A stretch of DNA of 64,000 nt, from NCBI GenBank assembly GCA_963741945.1, contig CAVUKA010000005.1:1-64000 (forward strand). The letters are read 5' to 3'. Positions within the stretch are counted from its first letter, which is position 1. Every line of letters begins with the position of its first letter. Made by a program: the position numbers and the translations under genes. The DNA comes from an uncultured Gemmatimonadales bacterium. Lineage in GTDB: Bacteria; Gemmatimonadota; Gemmatimonadetes; Longimicrobiales; RSA9. The notes under the pieces were generated by a model. That model worked only from the letters and a program-made list of their open reading frames with translations, had not been told where the DNA came from and searched no databases. This document shows, piece by piece, positions 20,580-31,674 of the stretch.

Positions 20580-21458
20580 TCAGTCCGGGGGCGAAGCGGG
20601 GAGGCCGCCCGGGAGCAGATTGCCCTCGTAGACGAGGCGGGCGGTCCCGGTCAGCGTGACGCGGTCGTCGTCGTCCAGCGCCACCTCGACGTCGCCGCCG
20701 AGCATGCGGACCACCACCGCGGAGGACGCCAGCCGCCCCATCTTCCGGGCCACGGCGGCTGCGGCGCACGCGCTTGACCCGCTGGCCTCCGTCTCCCCCG
20801 CACCGCGCTCCCAGATCAGGATCTCCAGCTCGGCGGGGCCGGCCACGCGCGCGAGCTGGACGTTCACGCCGCGGGTGAACGCCGGGTGGGCCTGGATGGC
20901 GGGGCCGACGCGGCGCAGCTCGGCGCCATCGAGCCGGTCGGTGAAGACCACGCAATGGGGGTTGCCCATGGACACGAGGTGCACCGCGGCGGGCTCACCG
21001 GCCACCATGACGTCGGGTCCGCCCGGCGGGAGGCGCTGGCCGGCGACCACGGCATCGGCCGGGGCGGCGGCGTAGCCCACGTCGCCCGCCAGGAACGAAG
21101 CGCGGCCCATGGCGACGCGGATCGTGCGCTCCCCGTCGCCGCCGACGTCCAGCACCTCCAGCGTCACGGTCTCCGCCGGCAGCGCCACGCGGAAGGGGGC
21201 GTTCGTCACCCGACCGGTGTGGTGCAGCCACGCACCGAAGATGCGCAGGCCGTTGCCGCTCTTCTCCGCCTCGCTCCCGTCCGGATTGAAGATGCGCAGG
21301 CGCACGGGATCCGCGGAGCAGTCCGCCGCGAGCACGCCGTCGGCGCCAATGCCGCGGTGCCGGTGGCAGAGGGCGCGGACCACGGTCGGGGCGGGACGTT
21401 CCCGTGACTCGACGACGACGTAGTCGTTACCGAGGGCGTGTCCTTTCCAGAAGCGCAT
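20580..21458 (-). CDS. dapF: Diaminopimelate epimerase
   Basis: KGHALGND, IGADG, NPDGSEAEKSGNG, SMGNPH and ERGAGETEASGS motifs. Confidence 0.9.
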   Translation of the reverse strand: MRFWKGHALGNDYVVVESRERPAPTVVRALCHRHRGIGADGVLAADCSADPVRLRIFNPDGSEAEKSGNGLRIFGAWLHHTGRVTNAPFRVALPAETVTLEVLDVGGDGERTIRVAMGRASFLAGDVGYAAAPADAVVAGQRLPPGGPDVMVAGEPAAVHLVSMGNPHCVVFTDRLDGAELRRVGPAIQAHPAFTRGVNVQLARVAGPAELEILIWERGAGETEASGSSACAAAAVARKMGRLASSAVVVRMLGGDVEVALDDDDRVTLTGTARLVYEGNLLPGGLPASPPD

Positions 21459-21470
21459 GCGCGTTCTCAC

Positions 21471-21628
21471 TCAATGGCACCGTCCTGGCGCGAAACACGC
21501 GCAGGCAACGAGCCGTACGGTTCACCAGCGCGCCACCGGGAGGACCAGGCAACGATTCACGTGGCTGGCCCGTCTAAGAAGCAGACACGGTGGACGAGGT
21601 AGCAGGACGACAACTTCGGTGCCATTGA
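21471..21628. ncRNA. Candidate structured RNA, unassigned
   Basis: Perfect 12-bp closing inverted repeat plus several nested stems (see findings). Confidence 0.4.
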
Positions 21629-21777
21629 ATGCCGTGGCAATGCCGCGGCCCTCCAGGGAAAGGAGCTCTGGCAGCCGAGCAGGCGTGCGGGAGGTGGGAC
21701 GGAAAAACGGACCTCCTGGCAGGGTGGAATCGGGCACCGACCGTCTCCCGCCGCCACATATACCCGCCCCCGGGCGG

Positions 21778-21835
21778 GAGCCCCGCTGTGCGATTCAGGT
21801 CTCCGCGCACAGCGGGGCGCTGTTTTTCGGGGCTT

Positions 21836-21836
<1 letters not shown>
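21778..21836. terminator. Strong hairpin at the 3' end of the metH operon
   Basis: GCCCCGCTGTGCG / CGCACAGCGGGGC stem, followed by GCTGTTTTT on the + strand. Confidence 0.6.
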
Positions 21837-23755
<1,919 letters not shown>

Positions 23756-23797
23756 CGGCGGGGCCGGGGCTCCGTGGGCCAGCGGCCCCCGCAGCGC

Positions 23798-26700
23798 CTA
23801 GACACTGAAGTACTTCGCCGCCGGGTGATGCACCACGATGGCCGCCGTCGACAGCTCCGGCACCAGCGCCCCCGCCTCCGTCACGTCCATCCGAAGCCGC
23901 TCCCTGGCCGGGAGCAGGCGGAAGAGGATCTCGTGCTGCCGCGGATCCGGGCACGCCGGGTACCCCCACGCGTACCGGAGCCCTCGCCCGGCGTCGATCC
24001 CCCACTCCTCCCGCATGCGGCCGTGGACGTACTCCGCGGCCGCTTCCGCCAGCCGAACGCCGAAGCCATGGAGGTAGTAGCCCTCCGTGTACTCCCCGCC
24101 CTTCATCATCGCCGCGGACTCCTCCAGCAGCGTGTCCGACACCGACACGATGAGGAATCCGACGTAATCCGACGGGCCGCGTCCCGGCGCACCGTCCGCC
24201 CCGTCGGCGGAGCCCGGCTCGCCGTTCGAATCCTCGCGGCGCGGCGGGGAGGCCGCGCCCGCGGCCGGGGCCATGGACCCCCGGACGTAGTCGGCCAGGC
24301 ACAGTTCCTCACGCCCCTCCTGCCGCGGGAACGTGAACCGCTCCAGCTCCCGCGCAGCGCGCTCCGGATCGAGGACGACGATGTCGTTGCCGTCCGCCGC
24401 GGCGGGGAAGAAGCCGTATGCCGCCCGCACCCGCACGCGCCCGCCCGCCAGCGCCTCCCGCTGGTAGCGCTCGAGCCGCGGCTCGAACTCCTCGCGCTTC
24501 AGCCGATCGTAGGCTTCCCCCTTCGCGTTCTTCGCCCCCCAGTGCAGCCGGTACAGCGTGTTCAGGTCGATCAGCGGATAGAGCTCGCCCAGCGGGACGC
24601 GCTCCAGCACTTTCACCCCGAGGAAGGAAGGCTCCGGCACGTCCACATCGCCGGACGGGCCCGGGCGCGCCATGGGGCGACGGCCGGCCGCTTTCTGCTG
24701 CAGCGCCGCCCGCTTCGCGACGCCCTCCCGGATCTCTTCCAGGCGACGCCGGGCGAAGCCGGCCGCGTCCCGGCCGACCAGCGCCTCGACCACCGACAGC
24801 CCCTCGAACGCATCCCTGCAGTACCAGACGCCGGGCTCGTACAGGCGCTCGCCGTCATCGTCCACGAACGCGGCGCTGCGGATGAACGACGGGTTGATCG
24901 CCGCCCCGCCGCACAGGACGGGGAACCGGAGCCCGCGCCTGTGCAGCTCCCGCACGGCCGCCGGCATCTGTTTCGACGTGGAGACCAGCAGTGCGCTCAG
25001 CCCGATGGCGTCCGCGTCCACCGCCTCCGCCCTGGCAATGATGTCGTTGACCGGGACCTGCTTGCCGAGGTCGTGCACCGTGTAGCCGTTGTTCTCCAGG
25101 ATCGTGTGGACCAGGTTCTTCCCGATGTCGTGCACATCGCCGAACACGGTGGCGAGCACCACGGTCCCCTTCGACTCCCCGTCCACCTTCTCCAGGTACG
25201 TCTCCATCCGGGCGACCGCCTTCTTCATCACTTCCGCCGACTGCAGCACGAACGGCAGGATCAGCTCGCCCGCGCCGAACTTGTCGCCCACTTCCTTCAT
25301 GGCGGGGAGGAGGACGTGGTTCAGGAGATGGACACCCGCCGCGTGGGAGCGCCGCGTCGGCAGCGGGGTGGGTGCTGGCGCGCCCGCGCCCGGCGCGTCG
25401 GCCATGCGCAATGCGATGGCCGCGTCCACCAGCGTCTCCACGCCGTCCTTCTTCCGGTGCAGAATCGACCAGTGGATCGCGGTGTCCAGGTCCATGGCCT
25501 CGCGCGGGTCGCCGGCCTCTTCCTCCTCCACGTGGTGCGCCTGATAGAACGCGATGAAGCGCGCCAGCGCGTCCTCACGGCGGTCGAAGATCAGGTCGTC
25601 GGCGAGGCCGCGCTGCTCCTGGTCGATCTCGGCGTAGGGGGTGATCCGGGCGGGGTTCACGATCGCCATGTCCAGCCCCGCCTCCACGCAGTGGTGGAGG
25701 AAGACCGAGTTGAGCACGGCGCGCGCCGGCTTCTGCAGCCCGAAGCTCACGTTGCTGACGCCCAGCGATGTGAACACGCCCGGCAGCTCCGCCTTGATCC
25801 GGCGGATCCCGTCGAGGGTGGCCACGGCGCTGGCGCGGAACTCGTCGTCGCCCGTGGCCAGTGTGAACGTGAGCGCGTCGAACACCAGGTCGGCCGGCTG
25901 GAGCCCGTAGTCGCCGGTGACGATGTCGTGGATGTGGCGGGCCACATCGAGCTTCCGGTCGGCCGTTTTCGCCATCCCCGCCTCGTCGATGGTCAGGGCG
26001 ACCACGGCGGCGCCGTGCTGCACGGCCAGAGGAAGCACGCTGTCGATCCGCTTGCGGCCGTTCTCCAGGTTGATGGAGTTGATGATGGCGCGGCCGGGGT
26101 ACTGCAGGAGCGCCGCCTCCACCACGTCCGTCTCGGTGGAATCGACCACCAGCGGCGTCTCGACGCTCTGGGCCAGCAGCTTCACGAGCGTCCGCATCTG
26201 CGCGGCCTCGTCCTGCCGCTCGGTGAGCGCCACGCACACGTCCAGCAGGTGCGCGCCCCCTTCCACCTGCCCGCGCGCCACATCGCGAACGCCCTCGTAG
26301 TCGTCGGCCACGAGCAGGCGCTTGACGGCGCGGCTCCCCTGCGTGTTCACCCGCTCGCCAATCAGCGTGGGCGCCGGGAGCTGCGCCATGTCGAACGCGG
26401 TCATGGCGCTGGCCACACGCGGTGTCCACGCCGGCGAGCGCGGCTTCGGCGCCCTGCCCCGGAGGCGCTCGACCACCTGCCGCAGGTGCTCGGGCGTGGT
26501 CCCGCAGCAGCCGCCCACCACCGCCGCGCCCATCCCGGTCACGAACTCCTCGTGCGCCGCGGCCAGCGCTTCGGGCGTCAGCGGGTACACGGCGCGGCCG
26601 CCCTCGTTGTGGGGGATGCCGGCGTTCGGAATCACGCTGATCGGGAGCGGCACGTTGTCCGTGAGCCAGCGCACGGGCTCGCGCATGTGCTCGGGCCCGG

Positions 26701-27400
26701 TGGAGCAGTTCAGCCCCATGACGTCCACGCCCAGCGACATCAGCACGGTGGCGGCGGCGGCGATGTCGGTGCCGAGGAGCATGCGACCGCTCGTGTCCAG
26801 CGTCACCTGCGCCTGCACCGCCACGTCGTCCCGCCCCGACTCCGCCAGCGCCCGCTTCAGCCCCGCCACCTGCGCTTTCACTTCCAGCATGTCCTGGCTG
26901 GTCTCGATCAGCAGGACGTCGACGCCGCCCTCGAGCAGGCCCCGGGCCTGTTCCGCGAACACGTCGGCCAGCTCCTCGTACGTCATGGAGCCCAGGGATG
27001 GGTCGCTGGTGGACGGGAGGAAGCCGCTCGGACCGATGCTGCCGGCTACGAAGCGCGGGCGGTCCGGTGTCGCGTACCGATCGCACACCCGCCGGGCCAG
27101 CGCCGCGGCCGCCCGGTTCAGCTCCACCACCCGGTCATGGAGCCCGTACTCGCCCATCGTGAGCCGGTTGGCGCGGAACGTGTCCGTCTCCACCACGTCG
27201 CAGCCCACTTCCAGGAAGCTGGCGTGGATCTCCTCGATGACGTCCGGTCGGGTCAGCACCAGGTGGTCGTTGCACCCTTCCAGCGCCCCGCCGCCAAAGT
27301 CCGCCGCCGTCAGGTCCCGGGCCTGGATGCTCGTGCCCATGGCGCCATCGAATATCAGGGCGCGCGTCGAGAGAGCGCTCAGATAGGGGATGCGGCGCAT
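23798..27400 (-). CDS. metH: Cobalamin-dependent methionine synthase
   Basis: DGAMGT, GGCCGTT, IGERVNTQGS, GVSNVSFG, DVHDIGKN and RYAWGYPACPD motifs; 1200 aa. Confidence 0.95.
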   Translation of the reverse strand: MRRIPYLSALSTRALIFDGAMGTSIQARDLTAADFGGGALEGCNDHLVLTRPDVIEEIHASFLEVGCDVVETDTFRANRLTMGEYGLHDRVVELNRAAAALARRVCDRYATPDRPRFVAGSIGPSGFLPSTSDPSLGSMTYEELADVFAEQARGLLEGGVDVLLIETSQDMLEVKAQVAGLKRALAESGRDDVAVQAQVTLDTSGRMLLGTDIAAAATVLMSLGVDVMGLNCSTGPEHMREPVRWLTDNVPLPISVIPNAGIPHNEGGRAVYPLTPEALAAAHEEFVTGMGAAVVGGCCGTTPEHLRQVVERLRGRAPKPRSPAWTPRVASAMTAFDMAQLPAPTLIGERVNTQGSRAVKRLLVADDYEGVRDVARGQVEGGAHLLDVCVALTERQDEAAQMRTLVKLLAQSVETPLVVDSTETDVVEAALLQYPGRAIINSINLENGRKRIDSVLPLAVQHGAAVVALTIDEAGMAKTADRKLDVARHIHDIVTGDYGLQPADLVFDALTFTLATGDDEFRASAVATLDGIRRIKAELPGVFTSLGVSNVSFGLQKPARAVLNSVFLHHCVEAGLDMAIVNPARITPYAEIDQEQRGLADDLIFDRREDALARFIAFYQAHHVEEEEAGDPREAMDLDTAIHWSILHRKKDGVETLVDAAIALRMADAPGAGAPAPTPLPTRRSHAAGVHLLNHVLLPAMKEVGDKFGAGELILPFVLQSAEVMKKAVARMETYLEKVDGESKGTVVLATVFGDVHDIGKNLVHTILENNGYTVHDLGKQVPVNDIIARAEAVDADAIGLSALLVSTSKQMPAAVRELHRRGLRFPVLCGGAAINPSFIRSAAFVDDDGERLYEPGVWYCRDAFEGLSVVEALVGRDAAGFARRRLEEIREGVAKRAALQQKAAGRRPMARPGPSGDVDVPEPSFLGVKVLERVPLGELYPLIDLNTLYRLHWGAKNAKGEAYDRLKREEFEPRLERYQREALAGGRVRVRAAYGFFPAAADGNDIVVLDPERAARELERFTFPRQEGREELCLADYVRGSMAPAAGAASPPRREDSNGEPGSADGADGAPGRGPSDYVGFLIVSVSDTLLEESAAMMKGGEYTEGYYLHGFGVRLAEAAAEYVHGRMREEWGIDAGRGLRYAWGYPACPDPRQHEILFRLLPARERLRMDVTEAGALVPELSTAAIVVHHPAAKYFSV

Positions 27401-27450
27401 GTCGGGTGGCCTCCCATCGTGTTCGCGGTTGCGGCGCTGGCCGCAGCAAC

Positions 27451-27481
27451 AGAAAACCCCGGCACTTCAGAAGTGTCGGGG
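27451..27481 (-). terminator. Attenuator terminator in the metH leader
   Basis: Minus strand CCCCGACACTT-CTG-AAGTGCCGGGG-TTTTCT. Confidence 0.75.
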
Positions 27482-27500
27482 TCGGCCAAGCCAATGCTGT

Positions 27501-27616
27501 CCCGGCACTTTAGACCTTTGGTTCGACAGGCGGGTGCCGCAGCTCGCCAGCGCGCCCTCGCGCCTCCAGGCTGCGTCCCTCCCGTCCCGCGGTGCCAAGC
27601 GGCCTCAAATGTCTCC
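27501..27616 (-). promoter_or_regulatory. SAM-II/SAM-V-like riboswitch aptamer with a long insert
   Basis: Minus strand GACA-TTTGAGGCC...TGTC-GAACCAAA-GGTCTAAA: P1 stem plus a TTT(G)AGGCC/GGTCTAAA pseudoknot, upstream of metH. Confidence 0.6.
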
Positions 27617-27701
27617 GCGGGTGCTGCTGCTCTGTCGTCGAATCCTAGTCGCGCCCCGCCCGGCGGTCAACGCGTGTGCCGCCAGCCACTGGCACGGCCC
27701 G

Positions 27702-28082
27702 TCACCGCGCTCTCGCGTGCAGCTGCTCCCGGAGCCATGCGCGGGCTTCGCGCAGCGCGTGGAACGTGGCCAGCGGGCGCACCCCGGCATCGGCGGTCAG
27801 CTCCACCATCCGGGCCAGCCCGAACTGCGTGCCCTCCCGGGCGACCATGGCCACGGCCGAGAACCGCAGCTGCTTGCGAAGCGCCTCCCCGATGGCCCGC
27901 ACCGACGGCGTGCTCAGCAGGTTGGTGCGCTTGCGCAGATCGATGAGCAGACCCGACCGTGCCGGGTCCACGTCTGCCGGCGCGTCCCGGTGCAGCCGGA
28001 ACCAGTCCAGCACGTCCGCCTCGCCCACCGCACGGACGAGGAGGATGTCACCGTCGTCAATGAGTCGATACCTGAAGGGCAT
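27702..28082 (-). CDS. Small hypothetical protein, possibly STAS/SEC14 (SpoIIAA-like)
   Basis: 126 aa; LLIDLR...VAMV...FGLARM...F....EARAWL pattern. Confidence 0.6.
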   Translation of the reverse strand: MPFRYRLIDDGDILLVRAVGEADVLDWFRLHRDAPADVDPARSGLLIDLRKRTNLLSTPSVRAIGEALRKQLRFSAVAMVAREGTQFGLARMVELTADAGVRPLATFHALREARAWLREQLHARAR

Positions 28083-28200
28083 CTACTTCGTTGTGATTGG
28101 GATTGGGTATCCCATGATGCGGCCTGCGCGAAATCGCGCAAGGGCCCTCTCCCCACCGCCGCGAGTCCGGCCGCGTCCCGGTACGGCCGGGCTCGTCCCG

Positions 28201-31200
28201 CTACGCGCCCGAGCCCGAGGCCACGGGCACCTGCCCGGGCTCCGGCTCGAACGGCCCGGCGAGGGGGATGTCATCCGCGCGGTCGGCCGGACGGGTGAAG
28301 TGGCGGCGGAAGAACGCGGCGACGTCGTCCACGAGGGAGTACATGACCGGGACGAGGATGAGGGTCAGCACGGTTGCGAAGCTGAGGCCCACGATGACGG
28401 AGATGGCCATGGACCCCCACCACGCGGCCTGCTCGCCGCCCCAGTAGATGTCGGGCTGGAGTCGGGTGAACAGGCCGAGGAAGTCGATGTTCAGCCCGAT
28501 GGCCAGCGGCACGAGCCCGAGCACGGTGGTCACGGCCGTGAGGATCACCGGGCGGAATCGGGTCCTCCCGGCCTCGATGAGCGCCTGGCGCCGGTCCATG
28601 CCATCGCGCTCGCGCAGGATGTCCACGTAGTCGATGAGCACGATGGCGTTGTTCACCACCACGCCCGCCAGGCTGATGATGCCCACGCCCGTCATGATGA
28701 TGCCGAACGGCATGCGGAAGACCACGAGGCCGAGCAGCACGCCCACGGTGGACATGAGGACCGATGTCAGGATGATCACCGGCTTCACCACCGAGTTGAA
28801 CTGGCTGATGAGGATGAAGGCGATCAGCATGAGCGCCACGAGGAATGCGTCCGAGAGGAACGCCATCGCTTCCTGCTGGTCCTCCTGCTCGCCCGTGTAC
28901 CTGAGCGTGTAACCCGGCGGCAGCTGGCGATCGAAGCCGGCGGACGCCAGCGTCGCCTGGACCTCCTTCAGGACCGCGTTGCTGTTCTGCCCCGCCACCA
29001 CGTCGCTGGTGATGGTGGCCACGCGGTCCAGGTCCTTCCGCTTCACGGACCCGGCGCCCTCGGCCACGTGCCAGCTCGCCACGGACGAGAGCGGTACCTG
29101 CACGCCGCCCTCGGCCAGGACGGTGAGCTGCTGGAGCGCGTCCAGGTCGTTGCGGTAGCGCGCGTCCAGCCGGACCACGATGTCGTACTCGTCCTGACCC
29201 TGGCGGAACTTGGCCGCCTCGGTGCCCTGGATCGCGCTCCGGATGGTGCCGCCCACCTGCGCCGTGCTGAGGCCGTACAGTGCGGCCTTCTCGCGGTCCA
29301 CATCGATGACCAGCTCCTGGCGGGCGTCGTCCATGTCGCTCTCCAGCCCTTCCAGCTTGCCGCCCACCGGCTGCGACTGGAGGATGGAGACGGCGCGGCC
29401 CGCCAGCCGCTTCAGCACGTCGGGATCCTCACCCGCGATCTCGATGCTCACCGGCGCGCCCGTGGGCGGCCCCATGTCCTGCGTGGCCATGGTCACGTCC
29501 GCGCCCGCGATGCCGGCACCGACGCTGTCCTGCATGCGGGCCAGCGTGCCGAACACGTCCCGCTTCCGGTTCTCGAAATCCACGAACTGCACGGTCACGT
29601 TCGCTTCCCCGCTGCCACCGAAGATGCCGCCCATGGGACCGCCCGATCCCACGGTGGACACCATCGACTCCACGTCCTCGAAGCCGGGGATGCGTCGGAT
29701 CTGCGCCTCGACCTTCTCGGCCAGCTCGTTGATGAACACGGGGCGCGTGCCGCTCGGCACGTCGATCTGCGCCATCACCTGCGCCGGCGGGATGGACTCC
29801 GGGAAGTACTCGACGCCGGCGTTGAACGCGATGAAGATGATCACGGTCAGGATGAACACCGCGGGGGCGGCGGCGAGGGCGAGCAGCCGGTGCCGCAGTG
29901 CCCAGCGCAGCCGCCTCTCGTACCAGTCGATCATCGCCGGCACGGCCCGCTCCTGGAACCAGCGGGCGATGCGCACCATCACCAGCCTGTGGACCGCGAT
30001 GATGGCGGCGGCGGTGGCCGCGAGGAGCACGGCCGTGAGTGGATTGGCCGCCGCGACCAGGAGCAGCGTGAGCGCCGCGCCGGCGAAGAGGGTGTAGCGG
30101 GCGGCGGGAGTGAGCGGTCGGCTCGGCTCGCCGTCCAGCTTCATGAACAGCGCGCACAGGACGGGCACGATGATGAGTGCCACGAAGAGCGAGCTGGAGA
30201 GCGTGATGATGAGCGTGAGCGGGAGATAGCTCATGAACTCCCCGGCGATCCCGGGCCAGAACAGGAGCGGCGCGAACGCGGCGAGCGTGGTGGCGGTGGA
30301 CGCGATGACGGGAATGGCGATCTCCCCCGTCGCCAGGCGAGCTGCGCGCCAGTTGTCCCAGCCCTGCTCGATATGGCGGTAGATGTTCTCCACAACCACG
30401 ATGGCGTTGTCCACGAGCATGCCGAGGGCGAGGATCAGGCTGAACAGCACCACCATGTTCATGCTGATCCCCATGAGCTTCATCACGATGAAGCTGAGGA
30501 GCATGCTGAGGGGAATGGACGTGGCCACGAAGCCGGCGTTGCGGACGCCCAGGAAGAACATGAGCACCGCCAGCACCAGGATCAGCCCGCTGATGATGTT
30601 GTTCTCCAGCGAGCTGACCATGTCGTGGATGTCCTCGGACTGGTCGCCCGTGATCTTCACCACGGTCTCCGGCGGGAACGTGGGCGTCAGGTCGGCGATG
30701 GCGGCCTTCACGGCATCGGCCGTGGCGATGATGTTCTCGCCGGAGCGCTTCACCACGTTGAGCGTGACCACCGGCGTGCCGTCCAGCCGGGCGTACGTGG
30801 CGCGGTCCTTGTAGCCGAAGTCCACGCTGGCCACGTCGCGGACATAGATGGGACGACCGTCGCGCGTGGTCACCACCACGTCCTCGATCGGCTGCGCCTC
30901 CCTGAACTCGCCGGCCACCCGGAGCGTGTATTCCTGGTTGCCCATTTCCACCACGCCGCCCGGGATGTTGACGTTCTCGTTCCGGATGGCGCTGACCACG
31001 TCCGTGAAGCCGAGGCCGTAGTACTTCAGCCGCGGCAGGTCCACGGCCACCTTCACCTCGCGCTCCAGTCCGCCGGAGAGGTCGACGCTCAGCACGGACG
31101 GGATCTGCTCCAGCCGGTCCTGGACGTCCTCGGCCACCTCCTTCAGCCGCTCCAGCCCGTAGGGCGCAGAGATGTTGACCTGCATGATCGGGAACTCGGA

Positions 31201-31674
31201 CAGGTTGAACTCCATGACCATGGGGTCTTCCGCGTCCGACGGCAGGTCGCTCTTGGCCAGGTCCACCTTCTCGCGCACCTTCTGGAGCGCGTCCTCCATG
31301 TCCATCCCGTTCTCGAACTCGGCGATGATGTTCGTGTAGCCCTCGATGGACGTGGAGCTGAGCTCATCGATGTCCGCGATGGTGTTCAGCTCCTCCTCGA
31401 GCGGCCGCGCCACCAGCGTCTCCATGTCACGGGGCGATACGCCGGGGTAGATGACGCTCACCGCGATGATCGGGATGGTGATCTCCGGCGACGCCTCCTT
31501 CGGCACGCTCGTGTACGACACCAGCCCCAGGATGATGATGATGCCCAGCAGCATCAGCACGCTCACCCGGTGCCGGAGCGCGAAATTCGTCAGCGCGAAC
31601 TGGCGGTGCTCCCCCCGGTGGTGACCGGACTGCTTCGGCGGACTGCCGTGACTGCGCGGCTCCGACTCCGTCAT
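28201..31674 (-). CDS. RND efflux transporter permease (AcrB/AcrD/AcrF family)
   Basis: YPGVSP.DME.LV..PLEE, GMLVDNAIVVVENI, GVVVNNAIVLID and RFRPVILT motifs. Confidence 0.95.
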   Translation of the reverse strand: MTESEPRSHGSPPKQSGHHRGEHRQFALTNFALRHRVSVLMLLGIIIILGLVSYTSVPKEASPEITIPIIAVSVIYPGVSPRDMETLVARPLEEELNTIADIDELSSTSIEGYTNIIAEFENGMDMEDALQKVREKVDLAKSDLPSDAEDPMVMEFNLSEFPIMQVNISAPYGLERLKEVAEDVQDRLEQIPSVLSVDLSGGLEREVKVAVDLPRLKYYGLGFTDVVSAIRNENVNIPGGVVEMGNQEYTLRVAGEFREAQPIEDVVVTTRDGRPIYVRDVASVDFGYKDRATYARLDGTPVVTLNVVKRSGENIIATADAVKAAIADLTPTFPPETVVKITGDQSEDIHDMVSSLENNIISGLILVLAVLMFFLGVRNAGFVATSIPLSMLLSFIVMKLMGISMNMVVLFSLILALGMLVDNAIVVVENIYRHIEQGWDNWRAARLATGEIAIPVIASTATTLAAFAPLLFWPGIAGEFMSYLPLTLIITLSSSLFVALIIVPVLCALFMKLDGEPSRPLTPAARYTLFAGAALTLLLVAAANPLTAVLLAATAAAIIAVHRLVMVRIARWFQERAVPAMIDWYERRLRWALRHRLLALAAAPAVFILTVIIFIAFNAGVEYFPESIPPAQVMAQIDVPSGTRPVFINELAEKVEAQIRRIPGFEDVESMVSTVGSGGPMGGIFGGSGEANVTVQFVDFENRKRDVFGTLARMQDSVGAGIAGADVTMATQDMGPPTGAPVSIEIAGEDPDVLKRLAGRAVSILQSQPVGGKLEGLESDMDDARQELVIDVDREKAALYGLSTAQVGGTIRSAIQGTEAAKFRQGQDEYDIVVRLDARYRNDLDALQQLTVLAEGGVQVPLSSVASWHVAEGAGSVKRKDLDRVATITSDVVAGQNSNAVLKEVQATLASAGFDRQLPPGYTLRYTGEQEDQQEAMAFLSDAFLVALMLIAFILISQFNSVVKPVIILTSVLMSTVGVLLGLVVFRMPFGIIMTGVGIISLAGVVVNNAIVLIDYVDILRERDGMDRRQALIEAGRTRFRPVILTAVTTVLGLVPLAIGLNIDFLGLFTRLQPDIYWGGEQAAWWGSMAISVIVGLSFATVLTLILVPVMYSLVDDVAAFFRRHFTRPADRADDIPLAGPFEPEPGQVPVASGSGA

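Noticed and set aside
21590-21760. Lysine riboswitch for dapF (GAGGTAGC...GAAAGG...GCCGA)
   Set aside because: The partial motifs are on the strand opposite to dapF and the other conserved elements are missing.
24170-25410. Inteins or domain insertions in MetH
   Set aside because: The two inserts are short Pro/Ala/Gly-rich loops without intein splice motifs.
27401-27700. SAM-I, SAH or cobalamin riboswitch upstream of metH
   Set aside because: No ATC-AGAG...GCAACC...GTGC core, no GAGGAGCGCTGC and no B12 box; a SAM-II-like fold fits better.
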